In this document: one piece after another, positions 42,592-52,763 of the stretch
How positions within the stretch are numbered: position 1 is the stretch's first letter
How the letters are laid out: the number at the start of each line of letters is the position of its first letter
From: Trichomonas gallinae
Taxonomy: Eukaryota
Assembly: GCA_008369845.1 (NCBI GenBank)
Contig: MRSU01000035.1
Span: 1 to 56,309, forward strand
Length of the DNA stretch: 56,309 nt
Direction: 5' to 3'
The notes under the pieces: model-generated
What the model was told of the DNA's origin: nothing
Database searches by the model: none
What the model saw: only the letters and a program-made list of their open reading frames with translations
Translations under genes and position numbers: made by a program

Positions 42592-45500
42592 TTAATTGGA
42601 TGTTAAAACAAGCTGTGCAACAGCATCATCTGTAGTTTGTCTTCCAGATGCACCAACCATGCGTCTGATTGCGCTGTCTGAACGTTGAAGACGTGAGATT
42701 TCTTCCTTCGCTTTGCAGATTAGTGACCTGAACGAGTGCTCGTCTATTGCTTCTGATGCGTTGAAGAACTGACGAAGTTCATCTGCTGCGAATGCTAAAA
42801 TGCGGCGCTTCTCCGCTTCCCACTTCATCCTGTGCTCGCTGAGCCTTGCCGTGAACTGAGACTCGGCTGTCATCTGTGCGCCTCTCAATGCTGACTCTGC
42901 AATCTTAGCTTCACGTTCTGCTTCTTCTTCCTTGCATGCAAGCTCCTTTTCCAGTCTAGATATTTCGCGACGGAGCTGTGCGATTTCGTTCTTCGATTCT
43001 TTGAGCTGTTTCTCGCGTTTTGTGCTTTGCTGAGTCAAAGCTGCAACGTCCTGTCTGAATTTGTCGCACTGGGAAGTTATCTCGCGGATTGCACGCTCGT
43101 GCGATTCTTGCGCCTGCCTCTTCTCTATCGCGCTGACTTCAGATGACCTACGCGCAGAAATTTCCGCCTGCTGCTTCAGGGCTGCAAGATCGCGTTCTTT
43201 CTCTGCGAGAGAAGCTTTCTGTGCGTGAATAGTTCTGCATTGTTTCTGGATCTTTGCGTCTGCTTCTGCGATTGTCGAGTTCGCCTTCTGCAGCTCAGCA
43301 GTGAGATGCTCGATTGTGAGTCCAAGCTCGTTCTTTATGGCATTAACAGCTTGAACTGCAGCACGCTTTGATTCTTCGTCGTTCGCTCTAAACTGCTTTG
43401 CTGCGTTTTCAGCTCTTTCTTCTAGGTCAGAAAGCGCGCGCTTTGACGCTGCGTTCTCTGACTTGAGCTTCCTGTTTGCCACAGCCAACTCTTCGCACTG
43501 CTTGTTCATCGTCTCCAGAGTAGATTTCGTCATTGAAAAGTCAGATGACAGTTTTTCGTTTTCAGCTTTGAGCAATGATATTTGGTCATTAAGATCAGTA
43601 TTCATCTCTTTGAGCTTCTTAATCTTGCGGTCCATGACGGCGAGCTTCTCGTCTACTTGAGCGCGTACATTGTTGAGTTTGTTGCTGATGTCAGTGCTGT
43701 CTGTTATTCCGAAAGTTGCAGCGACTCCATCAATATTCGATTGAAGGATTTCTTTCGCTCTCGTCAACTCAGTGATTTGAGCTCTGAGGCCGTTAACACG
43801 CGAGATAAGAGATGCTGAGATGTCCGGGTATTGTATGAACTCATCTATGTTGACAGCTTTGTCGTTCAATGCAATGGAGAGTGAGATGACGAAATCTGAC
43901 AAAAGTGTTAACATCTTCTGACTTTGTGCTGACGATTCTTCGGCTGTGTGCCTCATCTGGTCGATCTGCTTAGTGTAGTATGAAGCAATAGCCTTGAAGC
44001 ACTGCTGCAGTTTGGAAACAGCGTGCAAAGCATTGTTGGAAGCGATTTTTGCAATGCGCTGTGAAAGCGAAGAATCAGCATCAGTCATCTGCCAAGCTGA
44101 CGGCGGGATAATGTCTTCTTCTGTCAATGGAACAGCCTGGCTCGCACGTTGGCGTGCATCTGCTAAGTCGTACTGGAGCTTGGAGATTTGCTCGAGAAGT
44201 GTCTTCTTCTCGTTCGCTGCTTTTTCTGTCTCGTTTCGAGCTTCTTTTTCTGACTGAATAAGTCTTTCCTTTTCAAGCTGAATTTCGAATATTTTCTTTT
44301 CGAGGCATTTGTTGGTGTCTTCTAGCTGTACGATCAAAGCTTGCTGTTTTTTCTCTTCTCTGCGGCGCTTTTTCTCTTCTTTCGCATCGCATTTTGCATC
44401 TCTTGAATGTAAAGCTTCTCTGATCGCCTCGATCTCTTGGAGTGTCTGGTTATGGACGATCTTCAAGGATTGAAGCTCATTGTTCTCTGATTCCTTGGAA
44501 ACTTTTGATGAAATTATTTCTCTCTCTGCTTTGTCAAGAGAACGTTGTAATTCTTCATTCTGTCTTGTAAGAGTGCTGATTCTTGATGTGAGTTCAGCGA
44601 TTTTTGAATTCAATTGATCGCATAAAAATGAATCATCGCAATTCAAGTTTTCTTGCTTTACAACAGGTGGAGCTTGCTTGATAACTTGGATTGATTCTGC
44701 TTTGACTTTAAGATTGTTCTTTTCTTCCTTTAATTTTGCATTTTCTGTTTTAAGTTGCAAATTTTCATCCCTCTGCTTATTTAACTCATCCCTTGTCTTG
44801 TTGTTCTCATCTTTAAGCATCTGAAGCCTTGATTCCAAAACTTGAATCGAATGATTCTTTTCAGCAGAAGCCAAATCATTTTCTTCGCTGATTTGTGAAA
44901 TTTTGGCCTGTAAGTTGCTCATTTCCTTCTGGTGATGATATGTGAGCGAATCTATTTGTTTATCTTTTTGATTTAATATTTCGCAAATTTCTTTTGTTTT
45001 TTGATTAGCAATTCTCAGTTTTGCCTTAACAGTCTTGATTTTGTTTTCGAGGAACTGTATTTGTTGAGTATATGCCGCTTGTGTAAAATCAATTTTTGTA
45101 TTTTCAGAAAATGTTGAAGATTTCTTTGGTTCCGGAGGGTATTCATTCTCTAATATGTCGCATAATTCGTCAAATGATGAAATCTGTCGATTAAAGTAAT
45201 GCTGTGAATGAATAACGGCTTTTTCTATTTTTCCAACTAATGTTTTTTGCATAATTTCGTCTTGATCCTTTTGATTCTGGAGCTTCTGGTTCTCGGCATA
45301 GAGTTTTTCTATCTGTTGCTGATAAGATTTCTTGACTTTCGATAATTCTTTTTGCATTGAATTGTAATCGGACTGTCTTTGCAGCGCATTTCGCTGCTGT
45401 TCGTCCTGTAGTTGCTTAGTAGCCTCATTTTGGGCGCGAATACTGATTTCAAGTCGATTTGCAAAATCTTCTTTCTTTGTTTTTTCTTCAATTAACTGGT

Positions 45501-45726
45501 TTTTGAGTTCTTCGATCTGCTTATATAAGTCTTTAGACTTTGCTGATAGCTGAACTGCTTGCTCAAACTGCGCGCGGAGAACGTTTAATTGTTTGATTAA
45601 CGCAACATTGTCTTCTTGAAGCTGATCTCCCCTGATTTCAGCTAAAAGGTGCTCATCTGTGACTGAATCGTTCGTTGTCATCGTTGAAACAGTGTTGTCA
45701 GGCGAATCAGACGAAGATTCAAACAT
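42592..45726 (-). CDS. long coiled-coil protein, paralogue of 31412-34474
   Basis: 1044-aa heptad-rich ORF; C-terminus EKRRILAF...FF......DE.SF...DDAVAQLVL. Confidence 0.88.
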   Translation of the reverse strand: MFESSSDSPDNTVSTMTTNDSVTDEHLLAEIRGDQLQEDNVALIKQLNVLRAQFEQAVQLSAKSKDLYKQIEELKNQLIEEKTKKEDFANRLEISIRAQNEATKQLQDEQQRNALQRQSDYNSMQKELSKVKKSYQQQIEKLYAENQKLQNQKDQDEIMQKTLVGKIEKAVIHSQHYFNRQISSFDELCDILENEYPPEPKKSSTFSENTKIDFTQAAYTQQIQFLENKIKTVKAKLRIANQKTKEICEILNQKDKQIDSLTYHHQKEMSNLQAKISQISEENDLASAEKNHSIQVLESRLQMLKDENNKTRDELNKQRDENLQLKTENAKLKEEKNNLKVKAESIQVIKQAPPVVKQENLNCDDSFLCDQLNSKIAELTSRISTLTRQNEELQRSLDKAEREIISSKVSKESENNELQSLKIVHNQTLQEIEAIREALHSRDAKCDAKEEKKRRREEKKQQALIVQLEDTNKCLEKKIFEIQLEKERLIQSEKEARNETEKAANEKKTLLEQISKLQYDLADARQRASQAVPLTEEDIIPPSAWQMTDADSSLSQRIAKIASNNALHAVSKLQQCFKAIASYYTKQIDQMRHTAEESSAQSQKMLTLLSDFVISLSIALNDKAVNIDEFIQYPDISASLISRVNGLRAQITELTRAKEILQSNIDGVAATFGITDSTDISNKLNNVRAQVDEKLAVMDRKIKKLKEMNTDLNDQISLLKAENEKLSSDFSMTKSTLETMNKQCEELAVANRKLKSENAASKRALSDLEERAENAAKQFRANDEESKRAAVQAVNAIKNELGLTIEHLTAELQKANSTIAEADAKIQKQCRTIHAQKASLAEKERDLAALKQQAEISARRSSEVSAIEKRQAQESHERAIREITSQCDKFRQDVAALTQQSTKREKQLKESKNEIAQLRREISRLEKELACKEEEAEREAKIAESALRGAQMTAESQFTARLSEHRMKWEAEKRRILAFAADELRQFFNASEAIDEHSFRSLICKAKEEISRLQRSDSAIRRMVGASGRQTTDDAVAQLVLTSN

Positions 45727-46237
45727 TTTAAATTCTTTTTAAATAAACGGTATATTTTTTGAGCAACTCGATTTTTCGTTATTTTTAATGCTTATAGAAT
45801 AATATATCTATATTTCGCCTAAATTGAGATTTTTAAATATTCTGTCATGTAAAGTTTTTTAAAAACATTTGATTATTAATTATTTAAACTGCAAAAATTA
45901 TTTCAAAATTAAATATCAATAAATCATTAGATTTCGTTTTTCTGATATTTACACGTCAAATTTAAAAATATGTCATGTAAAATAATCACTTTACATGACA
46001 TATTTTAATTCTGTTCCAAAAAATATTATATAAGCAGCCATATATTTAATATTTATAATGGTGTTAAGGAAATGTAATAATATTAAGGAGCTATACACAT
46101 GTGTTGACATTGAAAGATTCAAAAAATGAAATTTTGGAACAAATATAGTATTTATTATGATATGTGAACTTATAGTACACATGTTATTAATTTTCAAGTT
46201 CATTTTTTCATAGCGAAGAAACTTCTTCCATCAAAAT

Positions 46238-48388
46238 ATGGAAGATGATTATAAAATTAATGAAGGATCAAAAGAACAAAAGGAAGATGCTCAAATTGTG
46301 GCATTAGATATAATATCAAATCCTGAAATGCAAAATGACGACTTAACATTTATTCGATTATTTAATGAGCAAGTTGACGCTGTTATGTCACAACTAGATC
46401 AAAGAAATACTTCTACTGTACAAAATGTCCTATTGGAAATTACCGATTTATGTAAAAATCATGGAGAAACTTTTTTTCTTCAATTATTACAGAGCGAAAC
46501 CTTCCAAATTTTTACGGATTTACTTCATATTCCAACCTATTCTGCTATATTTAGCTTAACATCAGAGATTGGTGAGTCTTCAAAAGAAGTTGCATTTAAA
46601 TACGCTCAAACACACATGTTTTACTATTTTCGTAAGAAATTTATTGAAAATTCATGCCACACGTATGTTATACCTTATCAGATAACAATGCGAAATATAA
46701 TTTCAAAAAATATTTTTATTGGACTCTATTTATATTCAGTTGGTTTCTTTGAGAACGTATTTAGCTGTATACAGGAATTAAATGATAATAGAATGATTCC
46801 TGTATTGGATATGATTGTTCCTTTCTTCGAAAATTGGCAATATTTTCAAACTAAGTCAGAAAAGACTCAAATTGATATTTTATCATTCAACAGTTCCATA
46901 CAGTATAATAACTTCATGAGAATTAGGCATATTTTGTTAAATTTCTTCACTCAAGATATTTCATTCGTATTATGCGATGAGCCTCCTTTATCTCAACCTT
47001 TATGCAATATAATAGAAAATGACGTTCAAATTACTAGATTTGTTTGCATTTTCGCAATTAAATTTCATATTCACTTGCTTATTACTTTAATTGAGAATCA
47101 TCATGTTTTACCTTATGATATGTTGGTTCAATGCTCAAACGATTTATTGAGTGTTATCAAAGATTTATCAATCGAAAATGCAATTCCACTATGCAATGAG
47201 ATATTAGCAAAGTTAAATCAAGAACCAGCCAATATTGATGCTGTAATTGTAATTTTAGCCCAAGTGAAAGAAATAATAATGAATTTTAATTTAGATTCAA
47301 TTGATCAAAAATTAGCACTGGAAATAGTGCAGCATTTCATCCCATATGCATCCCAGTATGTCCGATTTTTAGGAGAACAATATAATTATGAATCATTCAC
47401 GGAAATGGAACAAATTTTAAATATTTCTAATTTTTTCGAATCTTTACACAATGCAATCAAAGAATTCATTGTTGATGTATTAAATGTCATAAATCAAAGC
47501 CAAAATCCAGAATTGAAGAATTTTGTGAAATTTGCAAATATTTATTTAGATTTCCAAGTTAAATTCAGTTATATTGAACCATTCAATCTTGAAAGATCAT
47601 TACTTCCTTCTATTTACGAAAAAAACATTCTATCAAATATTGTTCAATTTATGATTTCAAAAATCAAGATTTACATGCCTGAAATACAAATGTATGTTTT
47701 TCATCTAGCAACAACTTTAATTGTCGATTTACAAGAAACAAAATCGCTCAAATTCGCAATATTTAATCTTTTTATTCCATTATTTAATCATTTCAACGAA
47801 ATTGGTGCGATTAATGAACAGATGATTGAATTATGCTATAACATTTCAGCTTATGATTTAAGAGGCATCGTTAATGATGATTTTTGGAAAATGTTGATAA
47901 ATTGGCAGCTTACTGTTCAATATGAGACTCTTACACCTGATTTTGACATAGATTATATCTCATTGCTCAATAATATAATAGAAAACTATGATAATATACA
48001 AAAGGAAATTATTCAAAATATAATTCAAATATTAAAAGGACAAATCTTACCTGAAGCAAGATACGAAGTCAAAAAGGAGGCAATAAATGTGATAATGCTT
48101 ATTGTTATCACGCATCATATGTTTGAAGAATTTCCAGATATAATTGAAGACTTATTTGAGTTCATTTCTGATGAAGATAATGACCTGGATTCATTAATAC
48201 TTATGAATCTAAAAGATATAATTAATTTAGTCTTGATAAATATAAATGAACCAAATTGCCAGAAAATAAAAGAATTAGTATTCGAGTTCGATATATATGA
48301 TGCAATAGATGCATTAGAGAGCTCAAATGACGAAGAAATTGCATCATTAGCCAAAGAATTATTGGAAATCATTGATCAATTCCAATAA
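46238..48388 (+). CDS. hypothetical alpha-solenoid (ARM-like) protein
   Basis: 716-aa AT-rich ORF. C-terminus IDALESSNDEEIASLAKELL resembles the end of ARM/importin-alpha-type folds. Confidence 0.7.
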   Translation: MEDDYKINEGSKEQKEDAQIVALDIISNPEMQNDDLTFIRLFNEQVDAVMSQLDQRNTSTVQNVLLEITDLCKNHGETFFLQLLQSETFQIFTDLLHIPTYSAIFSLTSEIGESSKEVAFKYAQTHMFYYFRKKFIENSCHTYVIPYQITMRNIISKNIFIGLYLYSVGFFENVFSCIQELNDNRMIPVLDMIVPFFENWQYFQTKSEKTQIDILSFNSSIQYNNFMRIRHILLNFFTQDISFVLCDEPPLSQPLCNIIENDVQITRFVCIFAIKFHIHLLITLIENHHVLPYDMLVQCSNDLLSVIKDLSIENAIPLCNEILAKLNQEPANIDAVIVILAQVKEIIMNFNLDSIDQKLALEIVQHFIPYASQYVRFLGEQYNYESFTEMEQILNISNFFESLHNAIKEFIVDVLNVINQSQNPELKNFVKFANIYLDFQVKFSYIEPFNLERSLLPSIYEKNILSNIVQFMISKIKIYMPEIQMYVFHLATTLIVDLQETKSLKFAIFNLFIPLFNHFNEIGAINEQMIELCYNISAYDLRGIVNDDFWKMLINWQLTVQYETLTPDFDIDYISLLNNIIENYDNIQKEIIQNIIQILKGQILPEARYEVKKEAINVIMLIVITHHMFEEFPDIIEDLFEFISDEDNDLDSLILMNLKDIINLVLININEPNCQKIKELVFEFDIYDAIDALESSNDEEIASLAKELLEIIDQFQ

Positions 48389-48943
48389 TGATTTAACAAT
48401 CAAATGCTGTTTTTAATTTTGTAAAATACATTGATATAATCTCAGATCAAACGTCTTATTGCATAAATACTGAAATCAATTGAGTTTTATACAGGAAAAA
48501 TTAGATATTCTAGCTCTCAATGAGTAACGTATTTAGATGTTCGAGTGTTATTTCTGCTTGTAACAAAATTGACTATATCTTGTTGTTTCACACGATACTG
48601 TCAACTTGATTACTTGTGGAAACAAGTTTTTCGTAATTTGTGAATCAAATTGATGCTTTTTTACGCTTTTCATCTTTACTGATTGTTCATAACAAATTTG
48701 TAGCACTAAAAACATTCAGTAAACACGGAAAGCGTAAGAAGTTTCCGAAAAACGGAGCCATCAATGACCAGAAATCTACTGTTTGATAACTGTGAAATGG
48801 GTTATATTCGGGTACCACACTTTTTGAGAAATTCTGACATTGTAAAGTGTCAAAAATGCCACAAGTTAAATTGACGTCTGACATTTTACAATTGCAGATT
48901 TCTTAGTAAATTTTTTGAAAATCTGACACGTAAAGTTTATTTC

Positions 48944-50314
48944 ATGTTTTCTCTTTTATTTGCTCTTGCTTCTTCTTTTGTCATCAAAAAAGCTGACTAT
49001 GACGAAGCCATGACATATGTAAATAAGCGTGGAAAACTTTTTATCCTTGCAGTTAACTCGGATAGCTTTAATTATCCATTAATTCTCCATTCTTACACAA
49101 ACGTCGCTCACGAAACAGACATGGATGCCAACTTCCTCATCGTCGATATTTTCGAACAGGATTTAACTCCAAGCCAATTCAATGCAAGCGAATTCCCATG
49201 TTTGTCTTTTTATCAAGATGGAATTTTCTACAAGTGCCACACAGGTCATTTCAGCAAAGAATATATCACTGTGTTCGTAAATTCGAATAATTTCTCTCCG
49301 ATTCCTTATATTGCTACAGAAGACGGCTTAGAAGAGTTCAAGAAGACAGCAGCACTCGGATTCATCGCAGCTTTGGATTTACCAAGCCAGCACATCGTAA
49401 ACTTCATGAATGTCATGCATCGCGAACATTTCAATGAAATCACAGTTGCTTTTGCAAATCCTCAAATTTTCGATGATAATGGATTTTATCTGTTCAGATT
49501 CGAAGACCAGGCAATGTTTGCTCTTGGAGATATTGAACATTTGGGTGCAGACGAAATTCTTCAAATGATTGTTGATAGATCTGTGCCATTAACACACCAT
49601 CTTAACGGAGATATCGCAAACTGGTTCATGAACAATCATGTTCCATTCATTATTCTCAATTATGCTTATGAAGGATTTTACATCAACGAAAAGAGCGCTC
49701 GTGAGGCTGACTACATTTCAACTGAGTGCGAACTTAATGTTACATACTCAAAACAAGGAGTAAACCCAATTCCAGGACAATTCGGAATTTGGCCATCCAA
49801 AGATCCACAAATGTGCATCATTGATAACACAAAGCGCTATGCAAAGCACTACTGTGTTGATGGAGAGCTTAACTCTGCATCTGCAATTGATCTTTGCATG
49901 CAATGGAGACAAGGCAAAGCCAAGAAGCTCTACAAGTCAGAGGTCAGGAAAGGAAAGAAGAGATCGAAGTCGGATCTTGAATCAATCAACGCTTACGAAT
50001 TGCAAGATGAAATCGCAAAGGGTGGAAAGCTTGTCATCGGTGTCTACTATTCGGATGATGAGTGCTTAAAGTCATTGAAGCAGATTGCCAAAGAAATGGA
50101 TGGTCAGCCAGTAAGATTTGTTGAATTTTCTCTTTTCACAAACGACTGGAGTGCCGATGAAGAAGTTGATACCCATCCTCTTCCAAGACTCGTTGTCTAC
50201 AACAAAGGCAAGCTGTTACTTCAGACTCAACTCGCCAATGAAACGCAGGCAGCATATGATCAGATCACTCATGCCTTCTACCAGTCAAAGAAGGACCAAG
50301 AGAACTCAGAGTAA
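48944..50314 (+). CDS. secretory-pathway thioredoxin-fold (PDI-like, no CxxC) protein
   Basis: Leader MFSLLFALASS, FPCLSFYQDG, KKLYKSE (PDI x-linker-like KSE), LPRLVVYNKG; no catalytic CxxC. Confidence 0.6.
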   Translation: MFSLLFALASSFVIKKADYDEAMTYVNKRGKLFILAVNSDSFNYPLILHSYTNVAHETDMDANFLIVDIFEQDLTPSQFNASEFPCLSFYQDGIFYKCHTGHFSKEYITVFVNSNNFSPIPYIATEDGLEEFKKTAALGFIAALDLPSQHIVNFMNVMHREHFNEITVAFANPQIFDDNGFYLFRFEDQAMFALGDIEHLGADEILQMIVDRSVPLTHHLNGDIANWFMNNHVPFIILNYAYEGFYINEKSAREADYISTECELNVTYSKQGVNPIPGQFGIWPSKDPQMCIIDNTKRYAKHYCVDGELNSASAIDLCMQWRQGKAKKLYKSEVRKGKKRSKSDLESINAYELQDEIAKGGKLVIGVYYSDDECLKSLKQIAKEMDGQPVRFVEFSLFTNDWSADEEVDTHPLPRLVVYNKGKLLLQTQLANETQAAYDQITHAFYQSKKDQENSE

Positions 50315-50618
50315 AAGTAAAATTATGAGTAACTAAAATTAACATAATAATATAAATTGAGCTGATAAAAAAAGAATTTATGATTGAAAAAAAAAACATC
50401 GGATTCAAATTATTTGGCCTTAAGACACTAAAACATTATTTTGTTTTGCGTGTCAAAGAATTAGAATGTAAAGTGTCGGATTGGTAGATTTTGGGATGAT
50501 AATTCTGACATTTTACATTTTGACACTTTACCATGACATATTAGTTGTCAAAAAATAATGTAAATAATTTACATGTCAAAATTTTGGAAAAAAAAGTTCG
50601 TTTTTCATTTTAGGAAGA

Positions 50619-51337
50619 ATGAGTAAAAAAATAAAGCCAACGCTTCATTCAGCAGCACGCGAAGGAAACGTTGCTGATTTAGAGTTAATCTTCCAAATAC
50701 CAGAAATAAATCCAAATGAAGTTCATTTTCTTTCTCAAACAGTTCATTATTATTCGTATGATATTCATTTTTTAACTTATAACTTAATTCAACATACCAT
50801 CATGGTATTCATCATTTGTATATTGGACCGCCTTACATTACGCAGCTTTAGAAGGACGTAGAGATACTGTTAATTTCTTAATTAAGAAAGGTGCTGATAT
50901 CAATAAGCTTACTGAAGGCATTCATAATACATTTTCATTGTTCATTATATATCTTACTTAATTCATCATAATTTAATGTAGAGAGTATTCATCTTTTTAA
51001 TATCTAGTTCATTATTTGCTTTTCAAGTACAGTTTTATTTCTAACAAACAGAGTGGACCAGTTTTTCATGTTTTTATGTAATTCATCATTTATTTTTAGT
51101 GTACAAGTACAATTTATGGGAGTAACACCTCTTCATATTGCTACGCGTAAGGGATATAATGCAATTGTTGCTGATCTTCTTCGAGCCGGCGCAAATCCAG
51201 ATGTTCTAGATTTATTAGGACAAAAAGCTATTGTATATGCTAATCCAAAGACAAAAGCTGTCTTCGACTTCGAACTTAAACAGAACACTCCTGAGGAAGA
51301 GGAGAAGGACGAAGAAGAAGAGCAAGATGATGAATAA
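50619..51337 (+). CDS. ankyrin-repeat protein split into three coding blocks (~50619-50723, ~50821-50916, ~51116-51337)
   Basis: Block 1 TLHSAAREGNVADLELIFQIPEINPNEV; block 2 YWTALHYAALEGRRDTVNFLIKKGADINKLTE; block 3 MGVTPLHIATRKGYNAIVADLLRAGANPD...EQDDE*. Inr tcattt at 50605; stop lies in TAAA. Confidence 0.85.
51027..51051 (+). other. 25-nt type-B-like trichomonad spliceosomal intron
   Basis: gtacagttttatttctaacaaacag: GTAC donor and fused TCTAAC-A-AACAG branch/acceptor, 25 nt. Confidence 0.7.
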
Positions 51338-51552
51338 ATATTTTATTTTTCATTATCAAATAGAAAATCATAGATAACTATAAACATACAAATCCAAGCT
51401 ATTTATTATAAAAATTACAATCATAGTATCTTTATATTAGAATTTATAATCGATAAGAAACCATTATGATGGAATTTTGTATTTGGTTAGTTGTATGGAA
51501 AGGATTTCAGCTACTATATAAGAAAAAATACTAACAAAAATTTATAATATTA

Positions 51553-52548
51553 TCAAAATATTCGACAGCCTTCATCTAATGCACTAAGTGTCAAACTATA
51601 GTCATCTTCTTCCTCTGCTTCATCTTCATCCTCAGCATTACCTGTTCCAAACAGATATTCTTCGAATGCGTTCCAGCAGATTTCGTCATTTTTAGTATTA
51701 TACTTATCACCTGCCTCTTTAAGTTGACGTTCAATCCTATCATAGTCAGGTGTATCTTCGTATTTCAATTCTAGAAGATAAATATAGATATTTTTCAATT
51801 GCGAAGGCATGCTTAAGAGAATTTCGGATTGTGTAACTCTCTGTCTGAGCTTGACGACATCACTTCTCTGGCCACCACATGACCAAGGGAGTTTGCCTTG
51901 AACAAACTCAACAATCATGTAAAACCAAGAAATTAAGTCATCGCATCGTCCAAGATCGCAACCTTTAAGTGCATTGTCGGATGCGTACATAGTAGTGCCT
52001 ACAAAACCATTTCCATTGTTAACAGCGAATGGTTTTCCAGTGTTCGGATCGATATGTTTTTTTGCAAAGCCGAAATCTATCAAAACAATAGGTGGAGTGC
52101 TTTTAATTCGACGATATACGAAGTTACTCGGTTTCACATCGCGATGAATGTAGCCTCTCATGTGCAATTTCTTTAATAGTCTAAAAGTTTCATGCGCAAG
52201 AGGGACAACAAACATCATAGGAAACTTTCTTCCAGGTAGAAGACGACGAAGTTGTGACAAAGATTTGCCGTAGAGGTCCATGACAAACCATTTGAATTGT
52301 TCTGTTTCCCCTGTTGCTCTAACTTTCGGATACTCGGGTGAATTTAATCTGCGAAGGATTTTTACTTCGTGTTGAAGTGTTGGGCGCTTTTTCTGTTGAA
52401 TTTCTGCTTTGAACGCAAATAATTTGTTCGATTTTGTATGTGTTACGGTGTATACATCTCCGTATCCACCGTGTCCAATCTGTTTTCCGATAATGAAATT
52501 CCCCACAGTTGTCCCCTCTTGGAGAACAACGCGAGGAGGCTTTTCCAT
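51553..52548 (-). CDS. CK1-group (TTBK-like) protein kinase
   Basis: IGHGGYGDVY, AFKAE, HRDVKPSNF, LIDFGFA, GTTMYAS, LGRCDDLISW. Start placed at ATG 52548 after Inr ttcacttt. Confidence 0.95.
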   Translation of the reverse strand: MEKPPRVVLQEGTTVGNFIIGKQIGHGGYGDVYTVTHTKSNKLFAFKAEIQQKKRPTLQHEVKILRRLNSPEYPKVRATGETEQFKWFVMDLYGKSLSQLRRLLPGRKFPMMFVVPLAHETFRLLKKLHMRGYIHRDVKPSNFVYRRIKSTPPIVLIDFGFAKKHIDPNTGKPFAVNNGNGFVGTTMYASDNALKGCDLGRCDDLISWFYMIVEFVQGKLPWSCGGQRSDVVKLRQRVTQSEILLSMPSQLKNIYIYLLELKYEDTPDYDRIERQLKEAGDKYNTKNDEICWNAFEEYLFGTGNAEDEDEAEEEDDYSLTLSALDEGCRIF

Positions 52549-52763
52549 CGAACTAAAAAAAGTGAAATCTAAAAAATTTCGAATATTTTTATAAATTTTT
52601 GTTTTTAGGCTTTTTTTACATATTGTAAAAAAGATTTTAATCGAAAAACTTAATTTAGAATATAATGGGATGTGTGCTGTCGAATAAAAAGGCATTCGAT
52701 AAAAAAAGGTTAAAATTTTACAATAACCGATAAAATTACAGGGGCTGCCACCAATTAATATAA

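Noticed and set aside
50619..50861. Treating the 80-aa and 94-aa ORFs (50619-50861, 51053-51337) as two separate genes
   Set aside because: Each carries only part of an ankyrin array plus translated insert, and a third in-between repeat (50821-50916) has no ATG of its own.
50721..51110. CRISPR-like array interpretation of the RTTCAT periodicity
   Set aside because: The conserved part is only ~6 nt, the context is eukaryotic, and there are no cas genes.
52549..52695. N-terminal extensions in the ORF track (CK1 kinase, also importin, thioredoxin, BspA, SRP14, RPL30)
   Set aside because: They translate AT-rich promoter/leader sequence or begin at non-ATG codons. Downstream ATGs fit better, in several cases directly after Inr/M2/M5 motifs.
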